Below, piece by piece: positions 37,269 to 49,381 of a stretch of 64,000 bases of DNA; within the stretch, counting starts at the first letter, position 1; the number at the start of each line of letters is the position of its first letter. A model generated the notes under the pieces. It worked only from the letters and a program-made list of their open reading frames with translations. It was not told where the DNA came from and searched no databases. This DNA is from an uncultured Candidatus Binatia bacterium. Lineage in GTDB: Bacteria; Desulfobacterota; Binatia; UBA9968; JAJDTQ01. The DNA is taken from positions 256,001 to 320,000 of the forward strand of contig OZ244070.1 in the NCBI GenBank assembly GCA_965215605.1, given 5' to 3'. Made by a program: the position numbers and the translations under genes.

Positions 37269-38084
37269 CTATCGGTGCGCGCGGGGCAAGCCGCTGGGCA
37301 CCTCGAAGACCCGCCCATCGTCCAGTCTCAGCGCGGTCAGCGACCCGCCCCACACGCAGCCGCTGTCCAGGCACACCGTGCCGTTCTCGCGGTGGAACCC
37401 CAGAGTCGCCCAGTGCCCATACAGAACCGTCTCGCCCGCTTCCGCGCGGTGCCAGGTAAACCAGGGACTGTAACCCTGCGGCGCGTCCGCCGGCGCCCCG
37501 GAGAACGACAGCGCCATGCGGCCGCCGGCCGTGCAGCACCGCAGTCGCGTGAACACGCCGACGATGCTGCTCCATCTCTCCGGCCCGGCGAGATCGTCGG
37601 ACCACATGTCCACGGAGTGCTCCATCTGCCGCCGCAGGAACTTCCCGTAGCCGTCGGCCCGCATCCGCGATTCCACCTCGCGCGCCAGGTCCAGGGCCTT
37701 TCCGGTGGTCCACTGGGGCAACAAACCGGCGTGGGACAGGACGTATCCGTCCTCGCGGTGGATCAGCGGAAGACGCCGCAGCCAGTCGATGATCTCGTCG
37801 CGGTCGGCAGCGGCCAGGACCTTGTCCAGGGTATCCCGGCGCTTGGGTGCGGAGATGCCCCCGGCCCGGCAGATGAGGTGAAGGTCGTGGTTGCCGAGCA
37901 CCGCGACGCCAGCCGGTCCGAGCCCCTTCACGAAACGCAGCACCGAGAGGGAGTCCGGGCCGCGGTTCACGAGGTCGCCGGCAAACCAGAGGCGGTCGGC
38001 GGCCGGATCGAAGGCGACGAGATCCAGCAGCCGCCGCAGGGGCTCGTAGCAGCCTTGCACGTCGCCGATGGCGTAGGTGGCCAT
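37269..38084 (-). CDS. apaH: Symmetrical bis(5'-nucleosyl)-tetraphosphatase
   Basis: YAIGDVQGC, GDLVNRGPDSL, LGNHDLH, GHWA, LDSGCVWGG. Confidence 0.95.
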   Translation of the reverse strand: MATYAIGDVQGCYEPLRRLLDLVAFDPAADRLWFAGDLVNRGPDSLSVLRFVKGLGPAGVAVLGNHDLHLICRAGGISAPKRRDTLDKVLAAADRDEIIDWLRRLPLIHREDGYVLSHAGLLPQWTTGKALDLAREVESRMRADGYGKFLRRQMEHSVDMWSDDLAGPERWSSIVGVFTRLRCCTAGGRMALSFSGAPADAPQGYSPWFTWHRAEAGETVLYGHWATLGFHRENGTVCLDSGCVWGGSLTALRLDDGRVFEVPSGLPRAHR

Positions 38085-38091
38085 GGGCTCG

Positions 38092-38487
38092 CTAGCCGGA
38101 TCTGCCGAGGCTGAACGGTCCGCCGCCCCGGCACGCGATGTACAGGAACACCACACAAAAGAGCACCGCCAGTTCGCCGCCGTTCTCGATGGGCCAGAAA
38201 CTCCTCCCGGCGTGGGCCATGAAGTAGGCCGCGGCCATCTGGCCGCTGCAAACGAATGCCGCGACGCGGGTCAGGAGCCCAACCGCCACCAGCAGGCCGC
38301 CCACGAACTCGATGGCGCCCGCGAGGCCCATGAGCGAGAGCATCTCCACCGACCCGCCGCTGCCATCAGCGCCGCCGAGCAACCCGAACAGCTTCTGCGC
38401 GCCGTGCTGCGCGAACGCGAGTCCAACGACGATTCGCATGAGCGGGTAGGCGTAGCGCGAGGAGCCGCGAGCAAAACCTTCCAACAT
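38092..38487 (-). CDS. DoxX family membrane protein
   Basis: HGAQKLFG, IEFVGGLL, NGGELA. Confidence 0.9.
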   Translation of the reverse strand: MLEGFARGSSRYAYPLMRIVVGLAFAQHGAQKLFGLLGGADGSGGSVEMLSLMGLAGAIEFVGGLLVAVGLLTRVAAFVCSGQMAAAYFMAHAGRSFWPIENGGELAVLFCVVFLYIACRGGGPFSLGRSG

Positions 38488-38517
38488 TGCGTATCCCTCC
38501 CTCGTTCCCTCGGTGCA

Positions 38518-39123
38518 TCAGCGGCCCGGGCGAGCCGTGGCCCGATGCCTGAAACACTGCACCAGGTGATCGTTCACCATCCCCACCGCCTGCATGAAAG
38601 CATAGCAAATGGTCGGCCCGACGAACCGGAATCCACGGCGGCCGAGGTCGCGGCTCATGGCTTCCGACTCCGGCGTGAGAGCCGGGACGTCCTCCTGGGA
38701 GCACCAGCCATTGACCCGCGGCCGTCCTCCGACGAACTGCCAGATGTAACGGTCGAACGTTCCGTGTTCCTCCCTGACCCGAAGGAACGCCTGGGCGTTG
38801 GCGACCGCCGCGGCGATCTTGAGGCGGTTCCGGACCAGGCCGGCGTCCTCCATCAACTCACGCCGCTTCCGTTCATCATAGCGGGCCACGGCGTCGGGGT
38901 CGAAGCCGCTGAAAGCCCGCCGGTAGCCATCCCGCTTCTTGAGGATGGTTTCCCAGCTCAGTCCCGCCTGCGCGCCCTCGAGGATCAGGAACTCGAAGAG
39001 CGTCCGGTCATCATGGCACGGCACGCCCCACTCGGTGTCGTGATACGCCGTCGAAAGCTCCGTCCTGGCCCATGCGCAACGTGCGCGCGAGTCCTCGGTG
39101 GAAGGCGGAAAAGCCGGCGGCAT
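38518..39123 (-). CDS. tag: DNA-3-methyladenine glycosylase I
   Basis: YHDTEWG, LEGAQAGLSW, RNRLKI, FVGPTICYAFMQAVGMVNDH. Confidence 0.96.
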   Translation of the reverse strand: MPPAFPPSTEDSRARCAWARTELSTAYHDTEWGVPCHDDRTLFEFLILEGAQAGLSWETILKKRDGYRRAFSGFDPDAVARYDERKRRELMEDAGLVRNRLKIAAAVANAQAFLRVREEHGTFDRYIWQFVGGRPRVNGWCSQEDVPALTPESEAMSRDLGRRGFRFVGPTICYAFMQAVGMVNDHLVQCFRHRATARPGR

Positions 39124-39166
39124 CGTGCGGTTCCCTTGCCGGGCGCTGTCACCACCCGGCGGACTC

Positions 39167-39571
39167 CTATTCGTGTCCCGCCAGGTAGGTGATCAGGGTC
39201 AGCACCGCGCCCTGGGGATCCTGAATGACGCAGAAGCGGCCGACGCCCGGTATGTCCTTCAGCGGCACGACGACCTTGCCGCCGAGGTCCCGCACCTTGC
39301 CCGCGGCCGCGTCCACGTCGTCCACGGTCACGTAGGCGCCCCACGACGGGGGCATCCCCAGGGCCTGGGCAGGAACCGCCATGATCCCGCCGATCTCGGT
39401 GCCGTCCGCCTTCACCAGACTGTATTCGAGATCTTCGTCGTTCTCGAAACTCTCGTGGACCACCGTCTCCACGGTCCACCCCAAGAGCTCGGAATAGAAC
39501 TTCTTTGCCCCCTCCACGTCCGTGGTCAACAGCTCACACCAACTGAACATCCCATGCTTCGAAGCACTCAT
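39167..39571 (-). CDS. VOC family protein (glyoxalase/bleomycin resistance)
   Basis: FSWCELLTTD, FYSELLGW, YVTVDDVD, DPQGA. Confidence 0.9.
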   Translation of the reverse strand: MSASKHGMFSWCELLTTDVEGAKKFYSELLGWTVETVVHESFENDEDLEYSLVKADGTEIGGIMAVPAQALGMPPSWGAYVTVDDVDAAAGKVRDLGGKVVVPLKDIPGVGRFCVIQDPQGAVLTLITYLAGHE

Positions 39572-39761
39572 GCACGATCCTTTCCGCTCCACGACCCCAA
39601 CAGGATACAGGCACGGCCCGACCCTCCTGATCGATATGCCAGCGCGGGTCCGCGTTGGCAACTCTCCGCCGTCGCCACGCGATGGACGCCCCGGCCGGTT
39701 CGTAGTAGGCTCGTGGCCGGCCCGAAAGCTTTCCCATTTCATGTGTTCCGGAGGTGTCTTC

Positions 39762-40493
39762 ATGCTGAAACTCTACCATTGGTGGAGCTCCACCTGCTCG
39801 CGCCGCGTACGCATCGCCCTGGCGGCGAAGCGGCTCGACTGGGAGAGCGTCTACGTCAACCTGGCGAAGTTCGAGAACCTGGAGCCCTGGTACGTCGAGT
39901 TGAACCCCAACGGCGTGGTGCCCACCCTGGTGCACGACGGCCGCATCGTCATCGAGTCCAACTTCATCCTGGAATACCTGGAGGATGTGTTCCCCGAGGC
40001 GCCGTTGCGGCCCGAGGACTCCTACGAACGCGCGCGGATGCGCGTCTGGATGGACCGGTTCGAGCACGAACTGCACCGCAACGTCAACATCATCTCCTTC
40101 ATCAAGCAGGGCCGCATGAAGCGCTACGAGCACCTGTCCGAGGAAGAGCGCGAGGCCGCGGTCATGCAGCAGCCCACCGAGCCGAAGCGGGCGCTTCTGA
40201 GGGACCGGCTCAGGAACGGCATCTCCGAAGAACAGATGGCCTACGCGGAGGCCCGGCTGGGCGAGATCCTGGACGACGTGGAGGAAACCCTGGCGGACCG
40301 GCCCTGGCTCACCGGCGACCGGATGTCGCTGGCGGACTGCTCCATCGCTCCTTTCATCGAGCGGTTCGAATCCAACAAGCTGGAGCGGCTGGTGGACTGG
40401 AACGCGCGGCCGGCGCTGGGAGCATGGTGGGCGCGGATGCAGGCCACGGAAGCCTTCCGCACCGCCCATTCCTTCAAGGCGCCTGAGACGTAG
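39762..40493 (+). CDS. Glutathione S-transferase family protein
   Basis: STCSRRVR, LNPNGVVPTL, IESNFILEYL, SLAD. Confidence 0.92.
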   Translation: MLKLYHWWSSTCSRRVRIALAAKRLDWESVYVNLAKFENLEPWYVELNPNGVVPTLVHDGRIVIESNFILEYLEDVFPEAPLRPEDSYERARMRVWMDRFEHELHRNVNIISFIKQGRMKRYEHLSEEEREAAVMQQPTEPKRALLRDRLRNGISEEQMAYAEARLGEILDDVEETLADRPWLTGDRMSLADCSIAPFIERFESNKLERLVDWNARPALGAWWARMQATEAFRTAHSFKAPET

Positions 40494-40507
40494 GGTTCCC
40501 GGCCCGC

Positions 40508-42592
<2,085 letters not shown>

Positions 42593-42596
42593 GGCG

Positions 42597-44027
42597 TCAA
42601 AGTCCCCCGAGGATCCGCGAGCGCACCCGGGACGTGGTGTTGGTGACGCGTTTCATCGCCTCCGAGCGAATGCCCACGATGACCTGGTCGCCGGCTTGGA
42701 GACCCGAGACGATCTCCATGTTCCTGGCGTCGGTGGCGCCGAAACGGATACGCTTCCGGGCCGGCTTGCCGTCCTGGTACACCCACACGCCGCCTCGGCC
42801 TTCCAGCATCCACCGGCGCCGCTGCTCGGCGCTGGGACGGCCCCTCCGGCGTCCGCCTCCGCGCCTGGGCTGGTCGGGGTAGAGCTGCCGAATATCCCGG
42901 CCGCTGACCCGCAACGCGGAACCCGGCGCGACGAGCACATCCTGCCTCCTGGCCAGGATGATGGTGACGTTGGCGGTCATGCCGGGCTTGAGGGCGAGAT
43001 CGTGGTTGGGCACCCGGATCTCGGTGTCGTAGGTGACGACGTTGTCCTTGATGAGCGGCGACGGGAAGATGCGCACCACCTTGCCCCTGAAGGTCCGCCC
43101 GGGATACGAGTCCACCTGGAACTCCACCTGCTGATCCACCTTGACCTTGCCGATATCCGCTTCGTCCACGAAGGCCGAGACCTTCATCTCCTCGAGTTCG
43201 GCGATCTTCACCAGCGGCGGCGACGAAAGGCTCGCCGCCACCGTCTGCCCGGCCTCCACGGTCTTCCGGATCACCACGCCCGAGATGGGCGCCCGGATGA
43301 CACTGCGGTTGAGCCGGACCCGCGCCATCTCCAACTCGGCCTCGGCCTGCTGCACATCCGCGCGGATGCCGGCGATGACCGCCTGCTTGACCTTGACCTC
43401 GTCGACCCGGGCGGACTCCTCCCGAAAACGGGCGTCGGCACGCACGTATTCCGACTGGATGGACTCGTACTGGTCGCGTGAGATGAGGTTGCGGCCCACC
43501 AAGTCCTTGTTGCGCCGGTGCTTCTCCTCCAGGTTCTCCATCGCCGCCCGGGTGCCCGCGATGCTCGCCGCCACCCGGGATTCGAGCATCTGGACTCCGG
43601 CCAACTCCTTGGCGAGATTGGCCTTGGCCTTGGCCACCCGGGCCCCCGCCTGGAGCATCTGCGCCCGGAACAAGTCCTGATCCAGGCGGGCGATGAGATC
43701 CCCCTTCTCGACCCTCATCGGCACGTCCACCGGGAGATCCTTGATGGTGCCCGAGACCTGGGTGGAGACCGTAACCGACGAAACCGGATTCACCGTTCCC
43801 GTGGTGGTGATGCGGGAGAAGATCTCGCCCTTCTCGACCTTGGCGAGGCGGAAGGGAAACACTTCCTTCTCTTCGGCGGGAAGGAGCCTGCCGGTCAGCG
43901 CGGACAGCCCCCCTCGGACCGAGCCGACGCTGCTCTCCACCAGCGCCGGATCGTACCAGAAGAGGCCCGCGGCCCCGGCCCCTGCCAGGACCACAGGGAG
44001 AACAAGTATCCAAATAAACCGCTTCAT
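42597..44027 (-). CDS. macA: MacA-like periplasmic adaptor (membrane fusion protein)
   Basis: N-terminal TM, VSTQVSGTI, IRAPISGVV, GQTVAAS, LKPGMTA. Confidence 0.88.
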   Translation of the reverse strand: MKRFIWILVLPVVLAGAGAAGLFWYDPALVESSVGSVRGGLSALTGRLLPAEEKEVFPFRLAKVEKGEIFSRITTTGTVNPVSSVTVSTQVSGTIKDLPVDVPMRVEKGDLIARLDQDLFRAQMLQAGARVAKAKANLAKELAGVQMLESRVAASIAGTRAAMENLEEKHRRNKDLVGRNLISRDQYESIQSEYVRADARFREESARVDEVKVKQAVIAGIRADVQQAEAELEMARVRLNRSVIRAPISGVVIRKTVEAGQTVAASLSSPPLVKIAELEEMKVSAFVDEADIGKVKVDQQVEFQVDSYPGRTFRGKVVRIFPSPLIKDNVVTYDTEIRVPNHDLALKPGMTANVTIILARRQDVLVAPGSALRVSGRDIRQLYPDQPRRGGGRRRGRPSAEQRRRWMLEGRGGVWVYQDGKPARKRIRFGATDARNMEIVSGLQAGDQVIVGIRSEAMKRVTNTTSRVRSRILGGL

Positions 44028-44239
44028 CTTGCTCTATCCGGTTGGCGGCCGCGTTTAGTGTCCCTCAATTAGACGGCCGCCGGTTCCTCGGCAGATGCCG
44101 GCTACTGAAAAGGCTACACCCTGTAGCTGCTGGTGGGCAACTGTGGAGCACCCCTCGAAACTCCGCTCTCGCCACCCGCGGTGGTATCTGGTAGACCGAC
44201 AAACGGACAATCGTGGAACCCGTTACGGAGGCGACGCCC

Positions 44240-45118
44240 ATGTTCAGCACACGTTACGACTACAGTCCGATCATTCACCGGCCACGGCTGGAGTGGCCCG
44301 GAGGAGCCCGCGTGGCGCTCTGGCTGGGCCCCAACATCGAGTGCTTCCACATCGACAAGGCCCTGCCGAGGGTCCCCGAGCCGCTGCCGGACGTGCAGTC
44401 CTATTCGCTCCGTGACTACGGCTCCCGGGTGGGTATTTTCCGCATGATGGAGGTGTTCGACCGCTACGACATGCGCGCCAGCGTGCTGCTCAACGCCGAG
44501 GTCTGCAACCAGCACCCGGCCATCATCGAAGAGGGCAACAAGCGTTCCTGGGAGTGGCTGGGCCACGGCATGAACAACAACACGCGGATGAACTCCTACG
44601 GCGCGAAGAAGCAGCGCAAGGTGATACGCAAGGTGCGCGACATCATCGCCCACGCCACCGGCAAGGCGCCCAAGGGCTGGCTGGGGCCGGGACTCTCGGA
44701 GACCCGCGACACGCCGGACTTCCTGGCCGCGGAGGGGTTCGAGTACTTGTGCGACTGGGGCCACGACGACCAGCCGGTGCCCATGCGGGTGGAGGCCGGC
44801 CGCATGGTCACCGTGCCGTACCAGCAGGGCATCAACGACATCTCCATGTTCGTCCACGCCAACCATACGCCGGCCGACTATTACCGGATCGTGTGCGACC
44901 AGTTCGACACCCTCTACCGGGAAGGCGCGAACGGCGGGCGGGTCATGTGCATCCCGCTGCACCCCTACGTCACCGCCATGCCCTTCCGCATCGGCGCCCT
45001 GGACCGCGCGCTGGACTACATCTGCTCCCACGACGGCGTCTGGAAGACCACCGCCGGCGACATCGCCGACTGGTACTACCAGCGCTACTACAAGGCCCCG
45101 GAGAAGCCGGACGACTAG
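44240..45118 (+). CDS. Polysaccharide deacetylase family protein (PuuE-like), paralogue 1
   Basis: RDYGSRVG, WLGHG, GWLGPG, DDQP, PLHPY. Confidence 0.88.
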   Translation: MFSTRYDYSPIIHRPRLEWPGGARVALWLGPNIECFHIDKALPRVPEPLPDVQSYSLRDYGSRVGIFRMMEVFDRYDMRASVLLNAEVCNQHPAIIEEGNKRSWEWLGHGMNNNTRMNSYGAKKQRKVIRKVRDIIAHATGKAPKGWLGPGLSETRDTPDFLAAEGFEYLCDWGHDDQPVPMRVEAGRMVTVPYQQGINDISMFVHANHTPADYYRIVCDQFDTLYREGANGGRVMCIPLHPYVTAMPFRIGALDRALDYICSHDGVWKTTAGDIADWYYQRYYKAPEKPDD

Positions 45119-45140
45119 ACACAACCGGGAGGTTACGGGA

Positions 45141-45953
45141 ATGGCAAAGGAATGGTCGACCCTGGTGCTGGAGCGGCCGGCCGGCGGCGTGGTGAGGCTC
45201 AACTTCAACCGGCCCGAGAAGCGCAATGCCCTCAACCGGGCGCTGACGGGCGAGATTCTCGAGGCCCTCGAGACCGTCCGATCGGATCCCGACGTCAGGG
45301 TCGTCATCACCCGCGGGAACGGACCGTGCTACTCCGCCGGGGCGGACCTCCATGATCTCCGGGCCATCCATGCCGAGCCGCCGCGGGACTGGGACCGCTC
45401 CCATCCCAACATGATGTTCTACGAAGCCTTCCGGAACTACCCCAAGGTCACCATCGCCCAGGTGCACGGCCACTGCCTGGGCGGCGGCATGGCGCTCATG
45501 ACCGCCCACGACATCGCCATCGCGGCGGACACCGCCAAGATCGGCATGCCCGAGATCCTGCGCGGCAGCTTCGGGCAGATGGCCCTGAGCTCCCTCTACC
45601 ACACCGGAATAACCGCCAAGAAGGCGGCCCTGATGCACTTCAGCGGGCGGAACTTCTCCGGCGCCGAAGCGGACCGGTTCGGCCTGGTATCGGCGTCGGT
45701 GCCCGAGGCCGAGCTCGATGAGGCGACCCTCCAACTCGCCGGGGAGATCGGCACCCGCCACCCCGCGGCCCTGGCCTGCGCCAAGATCGCGGTGCAGGTG
45801 GGCAAGGACCTTCCCCTGTCGCAGGCCCTGCGCACGGACCAACTCGTGGCCGCGCGCCAGCAGTTGATGATGGATTCGTTCTCGGACGTGGAGGAGTATC
45901 TACGGTCCCAGAGCGGCGGCACCAATACGGCCTACCGGCGCTCCGATACCTGA
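45141..45953 (+). CDS. Enoyl-CoA hydratase/isomerase family protein
   Basis: NRPEKRNAL, SAGADL, CLGGG, GMPE. Confidence 0.92.
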   Translation: MAKEWSTLVLERPAGGVVRLNFNRPEKRNALNRALTGEILEALETVRSDPDVRVVITRGNGPCYSAGADLHDLRAIHAEPPRDWDRSHPNMMFYEAFRNYPKVTIAQVHGHCLGGGMALMTAHDIAIAADTAKIGMPEILRGSFGQMALSSLYHTGITAKKAALMHFSGRNFSGAEADRFGLVSASVPEAELDEATLQLAGEIGTRHPAALACAKIAVQVGKDLPLSQALRTDQLVAARQQLMMDSFSDVEEYLRSQSGGTNTAYRRSDT

Positions 45954-45971
45954 CCCGGCGTGAGGCCGGCC

Positions 45972-46067
45972 TCAGGCCTCGCCGATGGCCCACAGCCGGT
46001 GCAGAAAGACTTCATACCTGACGGGATCGATATCCAGAACCTGTCCCCGCGTTGTGTTCGTTGCCAT
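45972..46067 (-). pseudogene. 31-codon N-terminal remnant of a hydantoinase B/oxoprolinase-family gene
   Basis: ATG coupled to the upstream stop (TGATG); MATNTTRGQVLDIDPVRYEVFLHRLWAIGEA*, like the DPV..EV..HRL..I.EE start of this family. Confidence 0.6.
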
Positions 46068-47194
46068 CAACCCGCGGTGAGCGACGCCGCCGCTTTCAGG
46101 ACCTCCGCGGCCCGGGAGACCATGCCTTCGACGATCTCGGCCGCGGGACGCACATCGTTCTCGCCCAGCAGCCCGGCGATCTGGCCGCCCGGGACGCTCA
46201 TGACGGCCACCCGGCTGCCGCTTTCCGCGGCCACCCGGAACTGGTCGTTGAGCACCCCCTGGAACGGCATCTCCAGCGCCTGCAGGCCCGATTCCTCCCA
46301 CTTGCGAATCACCGGGCTGCGGTAGTGGCGGCTGGGCTTGCCGCTGGGAAAGCGGTCGAGCACGAAGTCCTCGGTCCGGCCCCCGATGAGCTGGCTCTTG
46401 TAATCGGCGTGGATCTCGCTCTCTGCGCTGGCCAGGAACACCGTGCCGCACCACACCCCCACCGCCCCAAGGCTCAGCGCCGCCGCCAGGCCCCGGCCGT
46501 CGGCAATGCCGCCGGCCACCACCACGGGTGTGGGCTTCACGGCGTCCACCACCTGCGGGATCAGCGGGAAATTGGCGATCCTGCCGGTGTGGCCGCCGGC
46601 CTCGTAGCCCTGGGCGATGACCACGTCCACGCCGTTGGCCGCGTGCCCCACGGCCTGCTTGACGTTACCGCACAGCGCCAGCACCTTCATGCCCCGTTCG
46701 TGGGCCAGCGGCACCACCTGGGCGGTATCGCCGAGCCCCACCGCCAGCACCCGGACACCCTCCTCCAGGATCACGTCCAACTGGCGCTGCACCATGTCCG
46801 GGGTCTTGACCTTGGACCACGGATCCGGGCCCTGGGTCTCCAGCCCGAACTCCTCGATGGCGTCGCGCACGAAGCTTACGTGGTCGGGATGGGTCTGCTC
46901 CAGGAACTCCCGGACATTGCCGACGTCCGCGTAGGGCGTCTGCGCCAGCCGCGGCAGCGTGATGTCCACGCCGAAGGGCCGGTCGGTCAACTCCCGGGTG
47001 GCGCGGATGCGCTCCCGGATGAACTCCGGCTGAAGCGGGCTGCCGCCGATGACCCCCAGGCCGCCCGCGTTGGACACCGCCGCCACCAACCTGGGCGGGG
47101 TCGTGGAGCCGCGGCTGTCCCAGCCCATGCCCGCCTGGATGATCGGGTGCTCGATGCCGAGCACTTCGCACAAAGCAGTCTTCAGTTTCACCAT
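46067..47194 (-). CDS. Nitronate monooxygenase/FabK-like flavoprotein
   Basis: HPIIQAGMG, AVSNAGGLG, QGYEAGGH, AGGIADGRG. Confidence 0.9.
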   Translation of the reverse strand: MVKLKTALCEVLGIEHPIIQAGMGWDSRGSTTPPRLVAAVSNAGGLGVIGGSPLQPEFIRERIRATRELTDRPFGVDITLPRLAQTPYADVGNVREFLEQTHPDHVSFVRDAIEEFGLETQGPDPWSKVKTPDMVQRQLDVILEEGVRVLAVGLGDTAQVVPLAHERGMKVLALCGNVKQAVGHAANGVDVVIAQGYEAGGHTGRIANFPLIPQVVDAVKPTPVVVAGGIADGRGLAAALSLGAVGVWCGTVFLASAESEIHADYKSQLIGGRTEDFVLDRFPSGKPSRHYRSPVIRKWEESGLQALEMPFQGVLNDQFRVAAESGSRVAVMSVPGGQIAGLLGENDVRPAAEIVEGMVSRAAEVLKAAASLTAG

Positions 47195-47369
47195 GCCGCC
47201 TCCACTACATGTCTTGAGGTCCCTGATCCTCTAACCCGAACCGGCATGCATTGCCAACGGGCGCGAGGACCCCGCTCGTGGACAGCCGCGACCGAACCGT
47301 GCTAGGGCCTGTCCCAACGGACGCGACCCGATTGCTCCGAACGGAACACCCAACTCACGAGGGCATGAC

Positions 47370-48251
47370 ATGGAGAACCGCCGCTACGACTATCAGCCCA
47401 TCACCGCACGGCCCGGGCTCAAGTGGCCCAACGACGCCAGGGTGGCTGTCTGGGTGAGCCCCAACATCGAGTACTTCCACATCGACCAGCCGATCCCCAA
47501 TTTCGGCATGTCCCAGGTCCCGGACGTGCGCGGCTACTCCCAGCGCGACTACGGCGCCCGGGTGGGCGTCTTCAGGATGATGGAGGTGCTGGACAAGTAC
47601 GGCATCCGCGCCAGCGCCCAGTTGAACTCCGAGGTCTGCAAGCATCACCGGGAAATCGTCGAGGAGGGCATCAAGCGGGACTGGGAGTGGCTGGGCCACG
47701 GCGTCACCAACAACCTTCCCCTGACCGCCTATCCCGCCGACGACGAGTCCTCCGTCATACGGCAGGTACGCGACGAGATCGCCGCCGCCACCGGCAAGGC
47801 GCCCCGGGGTTGGCTCGGACCCGCTTTGGCCGAAACCTTCGACACCCCGGACCACCTGGCGGCGGCGGGCTTCGACTACCTGTGCGACTGGGGCTTCGAC
47901 GACCAGCCCGTGGCCATGCGAGTCGAGACCGGCCGCATGATCGTCATCCCCTACGAGCAGGGCCTCAACGACATCAACTTCTTCCTGCGCTCCAACTACA
48001 CCCCCAGGGAATATCTGCGGCAGGTCTGCGACCAGTTCGACGTGCTTTACCGGGACGGCGAGCGCAGCGGCACGGTGTTGTGCATCCCGTTGCACCCCTT
48101 CATTATCGGCGTCCCCCTCCGCATCAAGTACCTCGACCTCGCGCTGGAGTACATCTGCTCACACGACGGCGTGTGGCTGACCACCGGGGGAGAGATCGCG
48201 GACTGGTACTACCAGCGCTACTACGAGGATCCGGGGAAGCCGGACTCTTGA
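47370..48251 (+). CDS. Polysaccharide deacetylase family protein (PuuE-like), paralogue 2
   Basis: RDYGARVG, WLGHG, GWLGP, DDQP, PLHPF. Confidence 0.88.
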   Translation: MENRRYDYQPITARPGLKWPNDARVAVWVSPNIEYFHIDQPIPNFGMSQVPDVRGYSQRDYGARVGVFRMMEVLDKYGIRASAQLNSEVCKHHREIVEEGIKRDWEWLGHGVTNNLPLTAYPADDESSVIRQVRDEIAAATGKAPRGWLGPALAETFDTPDHLAAAGFDYLCDWGFDDQPVAMRVETGRMIVIPYEQGLNDINFFLRSNYTPREYLRQVCDQFDVLYRDGERSGTVLCIPLHPFIIGVPLRIKYLDLALEYICSHDGVWLTTGGEIADWYYQRYYEDPGKPDS

Positions 48252-48313
48252 ATGCGCTTGGGTAAGGATGCCGCGGCATTGTAATCACATATTCAACCAC
48301 GCCAAGACCCTTC

Positions 48314-49252
48314 ATGGCCCACTCGTTCGAGATCATCCCGCGGGCTCCGTATTCGTTCGACTTCACCGTGGCGCGCTTCATGCGCTTCACGAGCGAGAAC
48401 GTCGACCTCGTGGAGGGCGGGCGGTACCGGCGCCTGCTGGCCGCCGGCCGCCAACTCGCGCTGGCCACCGTGACCAACGCCGGGACGGTGGCCAGGCCGC
48501 AGCTGGCGGTGGCGCTGCACAGCCCCTCCAGAGTCCCGCTCAAGCTCGCCGAGTTCGAGAGGCAGCTTCGGCACATCCTGTGTACGGACCTCGATCTCCA
48601 GCCGTTCTACCGCATGGCGCGCGCGGACGGAATGCTGGCGCCGATGGCGGGCCGGTTCCGCGGGCTACGCATCACCGCGAGCCCGACGCTTTTCGAGGCG
48701 CTGGTCACCGCCGTCCTCTCCCAGCAGGTCAACCTGACCTTCGCGTACTCCATCAAGCAGGCGCTGGTCGAAAGCTTCGGCCGCCGGTGGCGCCGGCAAG
48801 GGACCGTCTACCACGCGTTTCCCGAGCCGCGCCGGTTCGCCGCACAGACGCTGGAAGCCATGCGCGGCTTCCGGCTGAGCAACGCCAAGGCTGCCACGCT
48901 GATCCGCCTCGGCGAGGCCTTCGCCTTCGATCCCACGCTCCGCGGGTTGACCGCATTGTCCGATGAACAGATCGTGGAGCGGCTGACCGCCATCAAGGGC
49001 ATCGGCCGCTGGTCCGCCGAGATCGCGCTGATGCGCGGACTGGCACGCCCGGACACGTTCCCGGCCGGCGACCTGGGCGTGGTCAAGTATGTGGCCCAGG
49101 GCCTGCTGGGCAGGACCGGCAAGGCCACCGAGGACGAGATGCGCGCCTTTGCCGAACGCTGGCGGCCCTACCGCGCCCTGGCCTTGGCCTATTGCTACGC
49201 CGAGCTGGCGGTACGCCGGGGCGCCTCCACACCGGGGATCGCCGCCGATTAG
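48314..49252 (+). CDS. alkA: DNA-3-methyladenine glycosylase II (AlkA family)
   Basis: VLSQQV, HhH LTAIKGIGRWSAE, FPAGDLG, WRPYR. Confidence 0.88.
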   Translation: MAHSFEIIPRAPYSFDFTVARFMRFTSENVDLVEGGRYRRLLAAGRQLALATVTNAGTVARPQLAVALHSPSRVPLKLAEFERQLRHILCTDLDLQPFYRMARADGMLAPMAGRFRGLRITASPTLFEALVTAVLSQQVNLTFAYSIKQALVESFGRRWRRQGTVYHAFPEPRRFAAQTLEAMRGFRLSNAKAATLIRLGEAFAFDPTLRGLTALSDEQIVERLTAIKGIGRWSAEIALMRGLARPDTFPAGDLGVVKYVAQGLLGRTGKATEDEMRAFAERWRPYRALALAYCYAELAVRRGASTPGIAAD

Positions 49253-49381
49253 GGAGAGTCCAAGCCTGCGCTCCCGGGCAACGGCCCCTTTCTCCACGCT
49301 CCACTGTTGTCATTGGCGCCGATCTGTTGAATGCTGGACGGAACGAGAAGCGAACTCCCCGGCCCTACCCACGCGAACGAC

